Position numbers and translations under genes: made by a program. Positions 1 through 12,000 of a stretch of 51,673 nucleotides of DNA are shown piece after piece. This DNA comes from Nemertoderma westbladi (taxonomy: Eukaryota; Animalia; Xenacoelomorpha). Within the stretch, counting starts at the first letter, position 1; each line of letters opens with the position of its first letter. The stretch is from NCBI GenBank assembly GCA_032718475.1, contig JAUCBJ010001128.1:1-51673 (forward strand), written 5' to 3'. The notes beneath the pieces were generated by a model. The model did not search any database and had not been told where the DNA came from. It saw only the letters and a list, made by a program, of their open reading frames with translations.

Positions 1-216
1 ATTTATCCCACCTAGATAAATTTGGACTAGGATCATCCTCATCGTCACTATAACTGGATGTGGAATATAATTTAACTCGGTAAACTCCAAGTCATCAATA
101 TACTCAATTTGCACATCGGACACCTACTGGTGAATTCTCAATTGATCACATTCTAGCTCAATCTCTCATATCTGTGATTTAAATGGTAATTTCTATAAAT
201 AGCCCTACTCCGATAA

Positions 217-2318
217 TCAGATAGGGGGGAAAACTTGACGCAATAAAAATTCATCCCTGTCCAGGGAAATTGGACGCAAATACTTCTCGAAGATCTTGAA
301 CTTCTCTTCGTCGTCCATCCAGTCGCACTGACGCCCATAGTGCCCTCGAAAGTTGCACTTTGAGCATCGGTTGTGCAACCTTGGACATGCACCCATCCTA
401 TGGGTCTACTCGTGGCAGTAGAGACAGGTCGTCCCCTTCTGGAATCGATACAAGCAGCTCTTTTCCTGGTTGGTTAGTCTCCCACAGTAATCACAGCCGT
501 GTATCAACGTGTCCCGCCCCAAGTCGTCCTTTGCCCCGTGCGGTCTCCTGGGTCTATGGAGCCGCTGATAGGCAAACATCTGGATGCTGTGGTCCCTACC
601 CATATCGACGTCTTCCTCCACCCTCGGCATCGTCTCCCCGAACACTACCCGTGGTGCCGTTCCCGGTTGCTCGCCCAACCTGATCGTACTTGCCACGAAA
701 TCCATCGCTGGCTTCTCGTGCTCCCAGGCCCGCTTGCCGGGTTTGTCCCAGAAGGCTCTCGCCCCGCTGGCCATCACCACTCTCCCGCCCACCCAGTCCG
801 TATCTGAGTGGCCGATCCTCTCAATGGGTGGCATCTCCCCGAACTCGTCGTCATCCTCCTCTCTCGCCGGGAGTGGATCCGAACCTGGTAACCTGGTAGA
901 TCCACTATGTCCCTTTCCACCTTGGTTTCCACCCGTGACCTTCCACCCTTCCTGCTCCCTCGGTCTTTTCCTTGCAAAATCGCCCTCGGAGCCCCCTGGT
1001 ATCGGCATTACTTGCAATCCCGATGTCGACTGTTTCGGTGATCCCTCCGTCCATCCCAGTTCGTCCTCCAGAAACTCCCCCTCAGCTCGTCCAGGTTCTG
1101 GGCTTCGAACCCGTATTCCTCTCCCCTTATATCCGCTTCTCTCTCGTCTGCCTCCCTCCTTTCTCTCCTCACGATCTCCTCCAATTTCCTCTCCTCGACT
1201 TCATCTGCTTCCAACTTCTTCCACCTCTTGTACGGTGTGTCCACCTCTCTGCCCACTAGGTGTCGGCTATCGTAGTATACCGACTCGCCCTTCAGCCCCG
1301 GGTGGTCTACCAGACCCTCGAAGGCCACTTTGAAGGCTCTTCTGTAGTTCAGGGGTGATCCCGACAGCAGAAACGCCGTCGGCTCTCTTCCGATAACCAC
1401 GGCCATGAATAGGTTTAATAAACCTATCATTATCCAATCCTCCTGTAAGATATATCTCTTCTGATATATCTTTATCGCTCCCCTTCGGAACTGATATACC
1501 TCTTGCTTCCCTGGCCTCGCTCCCCATTTCAGCGAGTTCGCCAGTTCCGCTCCGTACTCCTCTTGGAACTTGCCCCAGTCCATCGGCTTGTGGCAGATGA
1601 GCCCCATGAGCTGGCCCATTGCCACTGCTCCACAATGTCCCGTGTTCTATACCAATCCCAACCCCTCTGGCCTCATCATAGCCATATAGACCGCTTGCAT
1701 GTCCAGGAGATTGGGGGTCTCCAGTCCGATTATTCTGTCCATGTCGTCGTGGATCGCCGATCCCACCTTAACCGTTGTCTTCTGTCTTACTAGGTCCTGC
1801 ACCGCCCTTGGCAACCGGTTCAGCTTTGGCCCGCTCTTCTTCCCGTAGTTCCCCAGATCGAATAGAAAGATATCTCCGTTTGGTGCTGCCAAATGCAGTA
1901 GTATGGTTCTAGCCGATCCCGCCGACCCTCTTCTCGAGCCCTCGTCATCCTCACAGTCCCTTCATCGTCTAGGACCATGTATCCGCCCCTGCTCACAGAC
2001 TCTACAAACCTCCTCCATTCCTTCCTCGGTGGTTCCCTCGGATACTTCGGTATCCCAAACTTTGCCTCGTCTCCCTTCACTACGTAGCGAAAATGCTCGA
2101 GGATCGCATTGTCCAACGACGGCGTCCCATAGGTCCCGACCAGTCGTCTCTCATGCATCTCCCTAAACTGATCCTGTAGCACGTGCGCTTTATGACCCTT
2201 CGGTAACAGTTTGTCGTATCCTCTCGTCTTCGCCTCCGGATGCCTCTGTGTGAAGTCCACTAGTAACTCCTTTCCAGTCTTCTCCGCCTTTCTCTTCTTC
2301 ACTAAACCTCTCCACCAT
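217..2318 (-). pseudogene. Disrupted accessory ORF: DEDDy (WRN/RNase D-like) 3'-5' exonuclease plus C-terminal CCHC zinc knuckles
   Basis: Joined ORFs 1820-2302, 1647-1892, 1008-1625, 406-1017 and the read-through after the TAG at 406-408. This gives VLDDEG (ExoI-like), ILLHLAAPNGDIFLFDL...LPRAVQDLVRQKTTVKVGSAIHDD (ExoII-like), YQKRYILQED (ExoIII-like), then CDYCGRLTNQEKSC, CLYCHE*THRMGAC and CSKCNFRGHYGRQC. Confidence 0.7.
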
Positions 2319-2810
2319 CACGAACTTTCCCGCACGCTCACCGAATTAGTTGGGCATTACAAAGGCTCAATTTAGATGAGTGCCGTCTGTGTTCCGTTCA
2401 GTAATGGCCTACCTCCTAAATCCTAATTTTCTTCATATATTTTCAAATATACGCCCCCAAAGTGCCAATTTTCCTTAATTTTGTGAATTTTGTCAGTTAC
2501 TTTAATTATGATTCTAGAACTCCCTCCCTCCAGTTGCTATAATTTATTAATTTTATCCCTAATATTATTTATTCTTCCCTCTCCCTGTGCTATTATCGAT
2601 TGTCAGCGGGTTATTTAACTTAGATAACCCCTCTACTTTCTATACAGGGAAGACTAGCTATAATTTTACTATGCTAGCTTCCTACCAGACAACTTTCTGG
2701 CCCTGTAACAAATGACCTATGCTTACACTACGGGCTGTGTGGTACAGTAGTCTGTCTCGTGTGGCCTACACGGTCTGTCCTGCTGTACCCACGTGCCCCC
2801 CTCTCCCTTT

Positions 2811-3245
2811 CGTGGTGCTCTCAATGCCCACAACCTCTACGGTAGTATGTACCCTACTATTACTACAAAGGGTATGTGTACATACCCTTTACTTCCTTAC
2901 GTGGTGCCCTCAGTGCCCACAACTTCTAACTTCTACAGTACTATGTACCCTACTACTACTTCTATGGTATACCTACATACCATTCCCTTTACTCTCTTAC
3001 GTGGCGCTCTCAGTGCATACAACTTCTAACTTCTACGGTACTATGTACCCTACTACTACTTCTATGGTATACCTACATACCATACCCTTTACTCTCTTAC
3101 GTGGCGCCCTCAGTGCCCACAACTTCTAACTTCTACGGTACTATGTACCCTACTACTACTTCTATGGTATACCTACATACCATAACCTTTACTCTCTTAC
3201 ATGGCACCCTCGGTGCCCATAACTTCTATGGTACTAGCTATGTAC
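2811..3245. repeat. 100-bp tandem repeat (about 4 copies) between the integrase and the accessory ORF
   Basis: Units start at 2901, 3001, 3101 and 3201 (GTGGYGCCCTCAGTGCCCACAACTTC...), with a diverged copy at about 2812. Confidence 0.9.
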
Positions 3246-3407
3246 CTTACTTAGTACTACGTACTACCTACTACTATTACTTTCTACTATCTTACTACTT
3301 ATTTTGCTTGTTTTGCTTGTTTTATTTTTTTTATATTTTTATGTGTGGGAAGGGCGTCTCGCCCTCATTCCCACCCCCCTCAGTCCAACATATTGGACGA
3401 CTAAACT

Positions 3408-4234
3408 CTAAGGCGACCCTTCCAATAGGCAACACTTTCCTACCGCCCCCCTGTAGGTCTTCCTATCTTTGGCCCCTATCTTTCCTCCAATCCTCACTTC
3501 CACCGACCTAATTCTTCCATCCTCGTCGGGGTGCGTATCTACCACTCTGGCTAGTCTCCATTGGTTATTGATAATTGTGTCGTCTGTGATGATTACCAAG
3601 TCACCCTTCTTTAACTCTCAGCTAGTATTCCTCCACTTACTTCTTCTATGTAGAGTCGGAAAATACTCTTCTATCCATCTTGTCCAATACTTATTGGCAC
3701 CCTTATTGCACTTATTGCCTTGGCGACTTTCCAGCTTTGACGTGGATGTATGTTGTCTGGATCTACACCCCGCATGTCGATCGTTGCTGGCCTTTCCACG
3801 AGTAAATGACCTGGTATTAGGACGTCCAGTGATTCCGGGTCGTCGTTCTCGGGATATAGCGGTCTGCTATTAATGATTCCCTCGCACTTGGCTAACACCG
3901 TTATTAATACATCTTCTGTGACCATATGGTTGTTCATCAGTTTGGTCATCAGGCGTTTGGAGCTTCCCACAAGCCTCTCCATACACCCTAATGTATGCGG
4001 CGCGTATGGCGTTCTCCTTTCCCACTTTATGAGATGTTTTCTCATAGCCGCCCTGACATCGTCTCCTTCTAGGATGTGGAAGGCCTCGACCAACTCGTTC
4101 TCCACTCCCACGAAGTTGGTCCTGTTATCCGAATATAACACCTCTACCGCCCCCCCTCTGCGGGTTACGAACCTCTCTAAGGCATTAATAAATGCCGACG
4201 CCGTAGCGTCCTGTGCAAGTTCTATTCCTACCCC
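3408..4234 (-). pseudogene. BEL/Pao integrase core and C-terminal domain (3' part)
   Basis: GIELAQDATASAFINALERFVTRRG..VLYSDNRTNFVG..CMERLV..INSRPL; GDLVII..WRLARVVDTHPDEDGRIRSVEV; frameshifted. Confidence 0.9.
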
Positions 4235-4238
4235 TGTA

Positions 4239-5141
4239 TGGAATCCATCCAAAAAGTGTGCCGGATAGCGCGCCGACGAAATTTTGATGAGCGCCACGCG
4301 CCGACGCAATCTTAATGTGCGCCGCGCGCTGACTCAATTTTGATGCGCGCCGTGCGCCGATGCAATTTTGATGTGCGCCGCTGCGTGCCGACAAAATTTC
4401 GTCAAAGAAATTTTGAAGCGCGCCGAGCGTCAAGGAAATTTTGAAGAGCGCTGCTCGTCTCTCTGCCTACCCTTATACAATTTCAAAGGCATCGGCATCA
4501 ACGGCATCATGCACTGACTCAATCCATAATTCTGTAATCTTTCTAAGCAAATGTGTAACACACTGCGCCTACGTTATACCTCTACAGAAAAGTGTTACCC
4601 CTGCTCAGCTGCTTGCTACAGTCTGACAGTGCTATTGACAGATAGCTGATAAGCCTACCACCAACTACAGTACTAACTGCTAACTGCAGACAGCAGTAGT
4701 GCAATGCAGTGTACTCATATAGCCTTACCGGTAACCCATAGCTTAAGTTAATCTGTGAATATGAAGAACAGAAGGAATAGCAACAGGGTTGAAGAAACTG
4801 AATGAAGGCAAAAAGGCGAGCGAAGCGAGCCGAAATTTTTTAAGCAATATATGCAAATTTTGATGCTTCTCAACAAATCGGTGCCAGTCTTGATTTTCGG
4901 GGGCGCAGCGTGCCGAACTCGGCGCATTTGCTGATTTGAGAGCGCTCCGCGCGCCAATACCGGCGCGCTTCTTGATTTTAGAGCGCGCCATGCGCCATTA
5001 CCGGCGCGCTTCTTGATTTTAGAGCGCGACACGCGCCATTACCGGCGCACTTCTTGATTTTCGGGCGCGCCGCGCGCCAATTTGGCGTGCTTTTATTCTA
5101 AAGTGCGCCGGATTAATCTGGCGCAAAGTGTATGGATTCCA
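4239..5141. mobile_element. MITE with imperfect TIRs and GC-rich subterminal repeats
   Basis: TGGAATCCATCCA at 4239 versus TGTATGGATTCCA ending at 5141; arrays of GCGCGCC/ATTTT repeats at both ends. Confidence 0.65.
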
Positions 5142-5192
5142 GTCACTCCCAAACGAAAACGAGATCAAAGGAACCGAGAGGTTCATTACTGT

Positions 5193-6190
5193 AAGAATTG
5201 CTCGAGACTGGCTGGCTGACTGACTGACTAATCTCTAGCCAAAACCACTCTAACGATTTTGATGAAATTTTCACAGCGGCTAGATACCGCGATTCTAAGG
5301 TCCCTGGTATGTTCCGCTATTTTGTCCATGAGCCGTGGGCTCGAAAAATAGACATAAACGAAAAAACGCCATAGGGGCAATTATAAAAACACCAGCTGGC
5401 ACTCATGAAAAATGGATAGAGATAGCCTAGTAATGCTATTCTATAGGAATGGCACCTAACAAGGAAATGCTTTCTCTGCCAAGTATTATCCTCACTCTTC
5501 AACTCAAACAGTAAGCAAACAAAAGCCGTGGGATTCTAATATATTACATCATAAGCTGATTGCTCTCCCAATAGCCCTCACACACTCACTGAATCGAATG
5601 AAATCGAATATCTATTAGCTTAATGCGAATAGCTGGTAAGCTGAATGCCATTTTAGTTATTGTGTAGGCCTACTACTGTTGACTGTAGAGTAGACTGCTA
5701 TGTTGCATGTATTTAATTAAAATAATTTTCGTAGAGGGAAGTTAATTTGGGATTACTCTCTATCAGATGTAAGCAAAGCTGTTCAATGGGGTGGCCAAAT
5801 ATAGTACATTAAGCATGGCAACGATTTCTGATATAATTAAAATACAAATTGATTTATTTTTATTTTATATCTATTTTATTGATAAAATAATAATATGATT
5901 TTACCGAATTTCATTTACCCCGTTGGGGAGTGTATATTATTATATTATTATTAAAATACAAGACAGGTGCTTGTTTCGATATATGTAGTTGCGCCCTTCG
6001 AGCAGCACGTGAGTTAATCAAATATTAGACACAATGTTTGACTTTGTCCCTTCTAGCAGCACGTGAGTTTTGCTTTGACCCTTGATATATGATGTTGCGC
6101 CCTTCGAGCAGCACGTGAGTTACATCAAATAATAGACACACTGTTTGACTTTGTCCCTTCGAGCAGCACGTGAGTTTGGCTTTGACCCTT
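5193..6190 (+). mobile_element. Probable non-autonomous Helitron/Helentron-like repeat with a 106-bp direct duplication at its right end
   Basis: (CTGR)n microsatellite followed by AAAACCACTCTAACGATTTTGATGAAATTTTCAC, reminiscent of DINE-1/Lep1-type elements; duplicated units start at 5978 and 6084. Confidence 0.4.
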
Positions 6191-6284
6191 CCAGGAGCGT
6201 GTGTCAATCGAGCCGAATCATACTGATCGAGCCGAATAGAACCAATCGAGGAAGAAAATCGAGAACCAAACGAGAGTCATTACA

Positions 6285-8950
6285 CTCTCGTGTTGTTGCA
6301 GACAAAGATAATGCCGTAGCGTTTCTCTGTGTGCTGCATCACCTTTATCTTAATCGGCCCAAACATGTCCACGCCGCGGTGTGTAAATTGCGGGTCGTGA
6401 TGTCTCACTCTGTTGGCTGGTAATGGCGCCATCTCCTGTATGGCCCTCTCCTTTCTCGTCCATCGGCAGGTCTGGCACTGCCCCACTACCGCCTTTACCA
6501 TCTTCCTAAGTTGGATAATCCAGAACGTCTTCCGTATCTCCGTCAGGGTCTGATTGGTACCTCCGTGTAGTATCGATTTATGGGAGTCCCATATGATCTG
6601 GTGTACTATTGGTGATTTATTGGGGATTAATATGGGTTTTGGTGGTATAACTGGGCTGTTGTTGTTTACCACTCTGGAATTCATCACCAGAATCCCGTCA
6701 TCGTTCAATTGCGGAGACAGCGGGTTGAGTTCGCTGTCTCAACGAAGGCGCTGTTGCTTGCTGACTCTGTCCACTTTGTCAGCGTACCCCTTTCTTTGCT
6801 CGTATCGTATCACGGCTTTAGCCGCTCCTTCCAGATCAATAGTGGGTCTCGCTTTGGTATCCTTACCAACTCCCCTGAGGAAATCCCCGTAGGCCCTCAA
6901 ATATGCTACCAACTTCTTAGTCTTGTACCAGCTGGAGCTGTAACTGAGCAGCCTATCCGTCGGATTATCGTATGGTTCTCTTGGTTTCAGTGGCACCTCC
7001 TTAATTTCCCTCGCCAACTGGCTGTATATCTCTTCCCCTTCTGAATCCTCTTCCTCCTCTTCTGCTACTACTTCTTCCGTGCCTGGGTCCACCTTCCTCA
7101 TTGGTGGCCAGGTCGATCTATCGTTAAGAAAGCATGGCCCATGTTGCCACAACTCTTGCTTCCTCGAGAAAGTGCGGCGTACAACGCCCTTCGATAACAG
7201 ATCTGCTGGATTGTCGTCGGTTGGGCAGTAGTGCCACCTTTCCAGATCGGTCGTTGCCCTTATCTCGTCTACCCGGTTCGTGACAAATATAGGGTACCTT
7301 GTTTTCTCATTGTGTAGCCACCCTAACACTACCATGGAGTCCGTCCAGTAGTGTGTCTCCACTAGGTTGGGTATAGTGTCCATCAAGTAAGCTGTCGCCC
7401 TTACTCCTAACCTTGCAGCTGTCAGCTCGAGTTTCGGCACTGATGCTGAATCTGGTGGCGTAGACTTCGCTTTACTAAACGCAAGCCTGGACTTATGAGC
7501 CCCCGTTCGCTGTACCAAATAAAGTGCCGCTCCATACGCTTCTAAGGATGTATCGGAAAACATGTGCAGATCCAGATCCATCATGTTTCTGTCTGGGAAG
7601 TACGTGCGTGGCATGCTGTACGTCCCCATCTCCTCTAGACTCCCTGTCCACTTACTCCACTGTCTACATATTTCCTCCGGGACCTCCATATCCCAATCGT
7701 CCTTTAACTTATATACTTTCTTTAGTATTTGCTTCCCCGTGACTAACAATGGGGATGCTAGGCCTAGGGGATCGTATATCCTTGCTATGTACGATACATA
7801 GCCTTGCTTAGTATGGATTTCTGCGCCCTCCTGACTTAGTTGATACTCCAACTCATCCGTCTCCCGGTTCCACACGATCCCTAGCGCCTTTTGCTGCGAC
7901 TCCACTCTCTTGTCTGCCATAACCTGTCCCTTTGCTGTTGTGGGGTTGTCCATGGTTAACTCTGGTCGTTTGTCTTCTATGGCCTCCATAAATTCCTTGG
8001 ATCTGGACTGGAACTTAGTAAGGTTGAACCCGGATCCTTTTAGGATGTCGTGAACTTCGCGCCCTATCTCCAGTATTTCTTCAACCGTGTTTCCAGATCC
8101 CATCCCATCATCTACATAGAATCCGCATCGAATCATGTCGATCGCCTTCCCACTATATTCTCCTTCCTTGTCCTCCACCGTATCTCTTACAGCCGTAGTC
8201 GTTGTGAATGAGGACGACTTGGCCCCCATGTTTTTCACCACCATTTTGTACATCGGTATCTCCGATGGTTCTTCGTTGCCGTTGTACCATAGGAAGAGCT
8301 GATTATCGCTGTCTTCTTCCATCACACGAACTTGGTTGAACATGCCTTCAATGTCGCACGTGAAGGCGTGCCTCCCATTTCTGAATCACAACAGGACCTC
8401 TATCCCCGAGTTGTAGATGTTGGGGCCTTCCAGCAGATAGTCGTTTAGGCTCTTGCCATTCGTTTTGGCCGACACGTCGACCACCATCCACAGTTAACCC
8501 TTTTTTGGATCTAAAGCCACATGCAGTGGCAAATAGTAGGTCCTGTCCGTTTTTGGCTCGTCGACCGGTAACTCCATGGCCCACCCCTTTTCAACTTGCT
8601 CAACCTCGATCCTTGTGGGCCACCTGGCGTTTATATTAATCGATTCTATTATTTGGATGGGGTCGATGGTCACCCCATAATCGCATCCTGGTGCTATTGC
8701 TGATATCTTGCACCGTCCCGTTCTCATCTCCAAGACCTCATCCTTGCTCAAGATAGTAGTTACTGCCATCTTACTTGGCCTCGTCTGCAACCCTATCTCT
8801 TCGGCCACCCAATTCTCCACCAGCATGAAGGCTGCTCCGCTATCGACCGATCGCTCCGATGTCGTGACTGATCAGCCGCTTTCTCATATTACCCTCACCG
8901 GTACCACCCCGAGTACTACCGTTACCCTTCTCTTCGCTCCCATGGTGCTT
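6285..8950 (-). pseudogene. BEL/Pao pol: protease, reverse transcriptase, RNase H, integrase zinc finger
   Basis: ORFs 8494-8826, 6739-8343 (FYVDD) and 6280-6708 (H..ILHGG...CQTC, GVDMFGP); apparent internal deletion near 8620 between protease and RT. Confidence 0.92.
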
Positions 8951-9052
8951 GTCGCCATTGTTTGACCTTTACCTTCGCCATGTTTCATTGGTGTTTCCTT
9001 ACACTCTTCGACTTTGTGTCCTCCTACCACGCATCGATTACAAATTCCATTT

Positions 9053-12000
9053 CTACCCACGTAGGCTACCCTCTTCTTCTTGTTTAGGCAACGCCTGCCA
9101 ATGTCTGCAATTCATGGTCTGGTGGAATCTGTTTGTGTGTAATTGGCATTCGTATTTTGGATTGTAGCCTTCTTTATACAGCGCTTCGCGTATCGCGCGT
9201 ATATTCCTACCTAGCGGTTTAGTGTTTTTATTATTTGGACTTGGCCTACTGGGTGTGTTGGGATTATATTTGTTCATGTTGTTATTTTGTCCTTGTTCGT
9301 GCCAAGGTGTGGCCCTACTCCCAGCTATCTGTGGACTTGCAGTCCCCTGTGTCGCCGCGTATGGTAGTGACTGTCTTAACTTTGGTAATGCATTCGCCGC
9401 ATTGTGCTCGGGTTTAGGCCTGTTGTATTCGGCTCTCGGCGCCCTCCCCAGACTATCCTCGCTGTAGACTGGGTCTGTAATTAGTTCCGCCTCATAGTTA
9501 AGGAAGTTTGACATCTCCTCTAGCCCTGGCTCCACACCCTTCTTCTCTCTGGTGGAGAAGGCGATCTTTCTCCACTTATTCCTCAGCCAGCCAGCGCTAT
9601 TGTAGTGATGTTATTCGATGTGTTGAGTTTGTAAGGTGCATCTAGGGTCTTTAGCACAATCAGCGCCTTTCAACTTTATTTGCGAAGGTCTTGATGCTGA
9701 CAGGATTATCCTGTAGTCCACCTGATGTTATTCCCCTTAAGGTTTGTCGGATGATCTTCACAGGATGCCCGAATTCCCTGTCTAGGGCCCGCCATGCAGT
9801 CGTGAATCCACCTTCGATACCTTGGTACTGCCTTACGATGTCGTATGCTGGCCCCCCTGTGTAAACTTGTAAGTATTTTAGGCACTCCGCCTGCGTCAGG
9901 TTCTTCGTTAATATTTCGCTACTGTACATACGCTGGAATTGCAGGTATTCCTCTGGCTTACTACCATCGAATTTGAATGGCTCCACTGGTGGTAGCTCGA
10001 TCCTGGTCTTTAGCGCGTCGATGAGTGTTGCCGAGAAGATGAGTGATTCCAAGAAGTCCTCCCCGCGACTACCATATTCTCGATCGGCAGCTACGTTCCG
10101 TCAGGAAATTTATCTTCGATCCCCTCTCCTGTCCTCGTCCTCGCACCGGTACATCCTGTACCCTTCTCCCGGTGTGTGGTATACCTCACCAGGTTGTGTC
10201 TCTCCGGGGCGACGGCAATCCCCCGGAGTGCGACCCCACCGGCTCTCTAACTCCATCTCGATTACCAACGGTTCACTGTCCATCCTTCCTCTCCGGTTGC
10301 TCGTAGCAACGCTCGTGAGATCTCGCTTCGACCTCCCGGATAAACTCCACTGTTCTTCTTCCGTCTTTTGACCGGGCTCGACGTTTTCTCGCTCGCCCAC
10401 TCACAGTGCCAACGTCTCTCTCTCTGCCCGGTTGGATGGTCCTGGGGATATTCGCAATCCCCCTACTATTCTCTGTCGTTGGGTGCTGCGGCTTACCTAT
10501 CTCGCCATGCGCATTGTCCACCGACGCTTGTGGGACATTCTCTGCCACCCCCCCCCCCCCCCCCCCCTCTCGCCACTAATCGCTTGTGGTGGGGTGCCCG
10601 TAGCCCCCCCCCCCCCATCCGTCACCTCTTACTTTGCCCCTCCCTAGTCGACGCACTGTCTCTACCCTCGCTGGGTTTATTCACCCCCGCTTCTCCCTGT
10701 GCAACTGCGTGGCCTTGCAGGCTCTCGTTGGGTTGACTCTTCCCCGCTACTCCCTGTGCAACTGCGTGGCCTTGCAGGCTCTCGTTGGGTTGACTCACCC
10801 CCGCTACTCCCTGTGCAACTGCGTGGCCTTGCAGGCTCTCGTTGGCCGGGGCACCTGTTCTCCCTACGCTTGTATTAATTGCACCGCTATCAATCTCGCC
10901 CTGATTCATTACATTATTACTGATGATATTATTTTGGTTAATTTCTTCAGGGTTATTTAACGTATTATTGTTACCTAAATTATTATTTAAATTATTTTGC
11001 TCAGAATTAGGGTTGATATTTAGATTATTTTGCACATTTAAATTAGGGTTATTATTTAGATTATTTTGCACATTTAAATTAGGGTTATTATTACCGGGTA
11101 AAATATTATTTCCTGCAAGAAATGTTTGATTAGGGTTGTCTATTACGGTACTATTAATATTAACTCCCTCTATTATTATTATTACCCCCGCCCGTACGGT
11201 TACACCAGTCCTGGGTCTGTCGTCCTCTACCTGTAAGTGGGGTATTAACAAAGGTTTCCATTACCTCTGGTTCCTCGCAAATACTACCCGAACCAGCATC
11301 ACTCTCCGATAATCCCAGCCCTCTCAATCCTAACCGGCGCTTTTGCTTCGCTTGGTATTGCATAAGCCCCCTCAATCGGGTATGCATATCATCCCGCATC
11401 TGCTTGCCCATTCTCTCTCTTTCTCTATCCTCCCTCATACTTTGGTTGGCCAATTCTGCCTCCCTCGCTTCCCACTCTCTATGCTCGTTTGTTTCCCTCT
11501 CTACCCTCGCTGCCTCTTTCGCTTCTCGCTCTTTGCGCTCGTTCACCTCTCTTGTCTCCCGCTCCCTGCGCTCGTTCTCTACTCTCGCCTCCCGCTCCTT
11601 GCACTCGTTTTCTACTCTCGCCTCCCGCTCCTTGCGCTCGTTTACCTCTCTTTCCTCCCACTCCCTATAGTATCTCGCCACCCTCTCGGCCCTCTCTTTA
11701 CACTCTCTCGCTAATTCTCTCTCCCTCTCTAATAGCGCAGTTCCCTCATCTAACTGCCTCTCCAGTTCCTTTTGATCCAGCGCCACAATGTCTAGTTGAC
11801 ACGCCAGATCTATCTCTAACACCCTTCTTGCTTTCGCGGAGGATGTAGCGGACTTATCGGTCGCGACGGACTCCCGTCACCTCTCTGTCCTACTAATTTT
11901 CCCCCGTTTACTGGGGTTCCTACTAACCGATGACACCGAATCCTCAGGGTTAACCTTGGATTCGCTGTCTTGCGGGTCCACCAATCCCACTAATTTAATT

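Larger units (their letters stand above)
4235..6284. mobile_element. Composite insertion in the integrase; outer element is solo-LTR-like (TGTA...TACA)
   Basis: Removing it (1-nt overlap) restores in-frame CNNTRGVGIEL, matching the BEL CxxTRAVHLEL motif. Ends read TGTA[MITE]GTCACTCCC and GAGAGTCATTACA. No clean TSD. Confidence 0.6.

Noticed and set aside
360-1333. Plus-strand ORFs over the accessory gene
   Set aside because: S/P/L-rich antisense shadows of the purine-rich minus-strand coding sequence.
3671-4309. ORF N-terminus MRRRVALIK... as part of the integrase
   Set aside because: The first 25 or so codons come from the inserted MITE; the true upstream integrase sequence is at 6285 and beyond.
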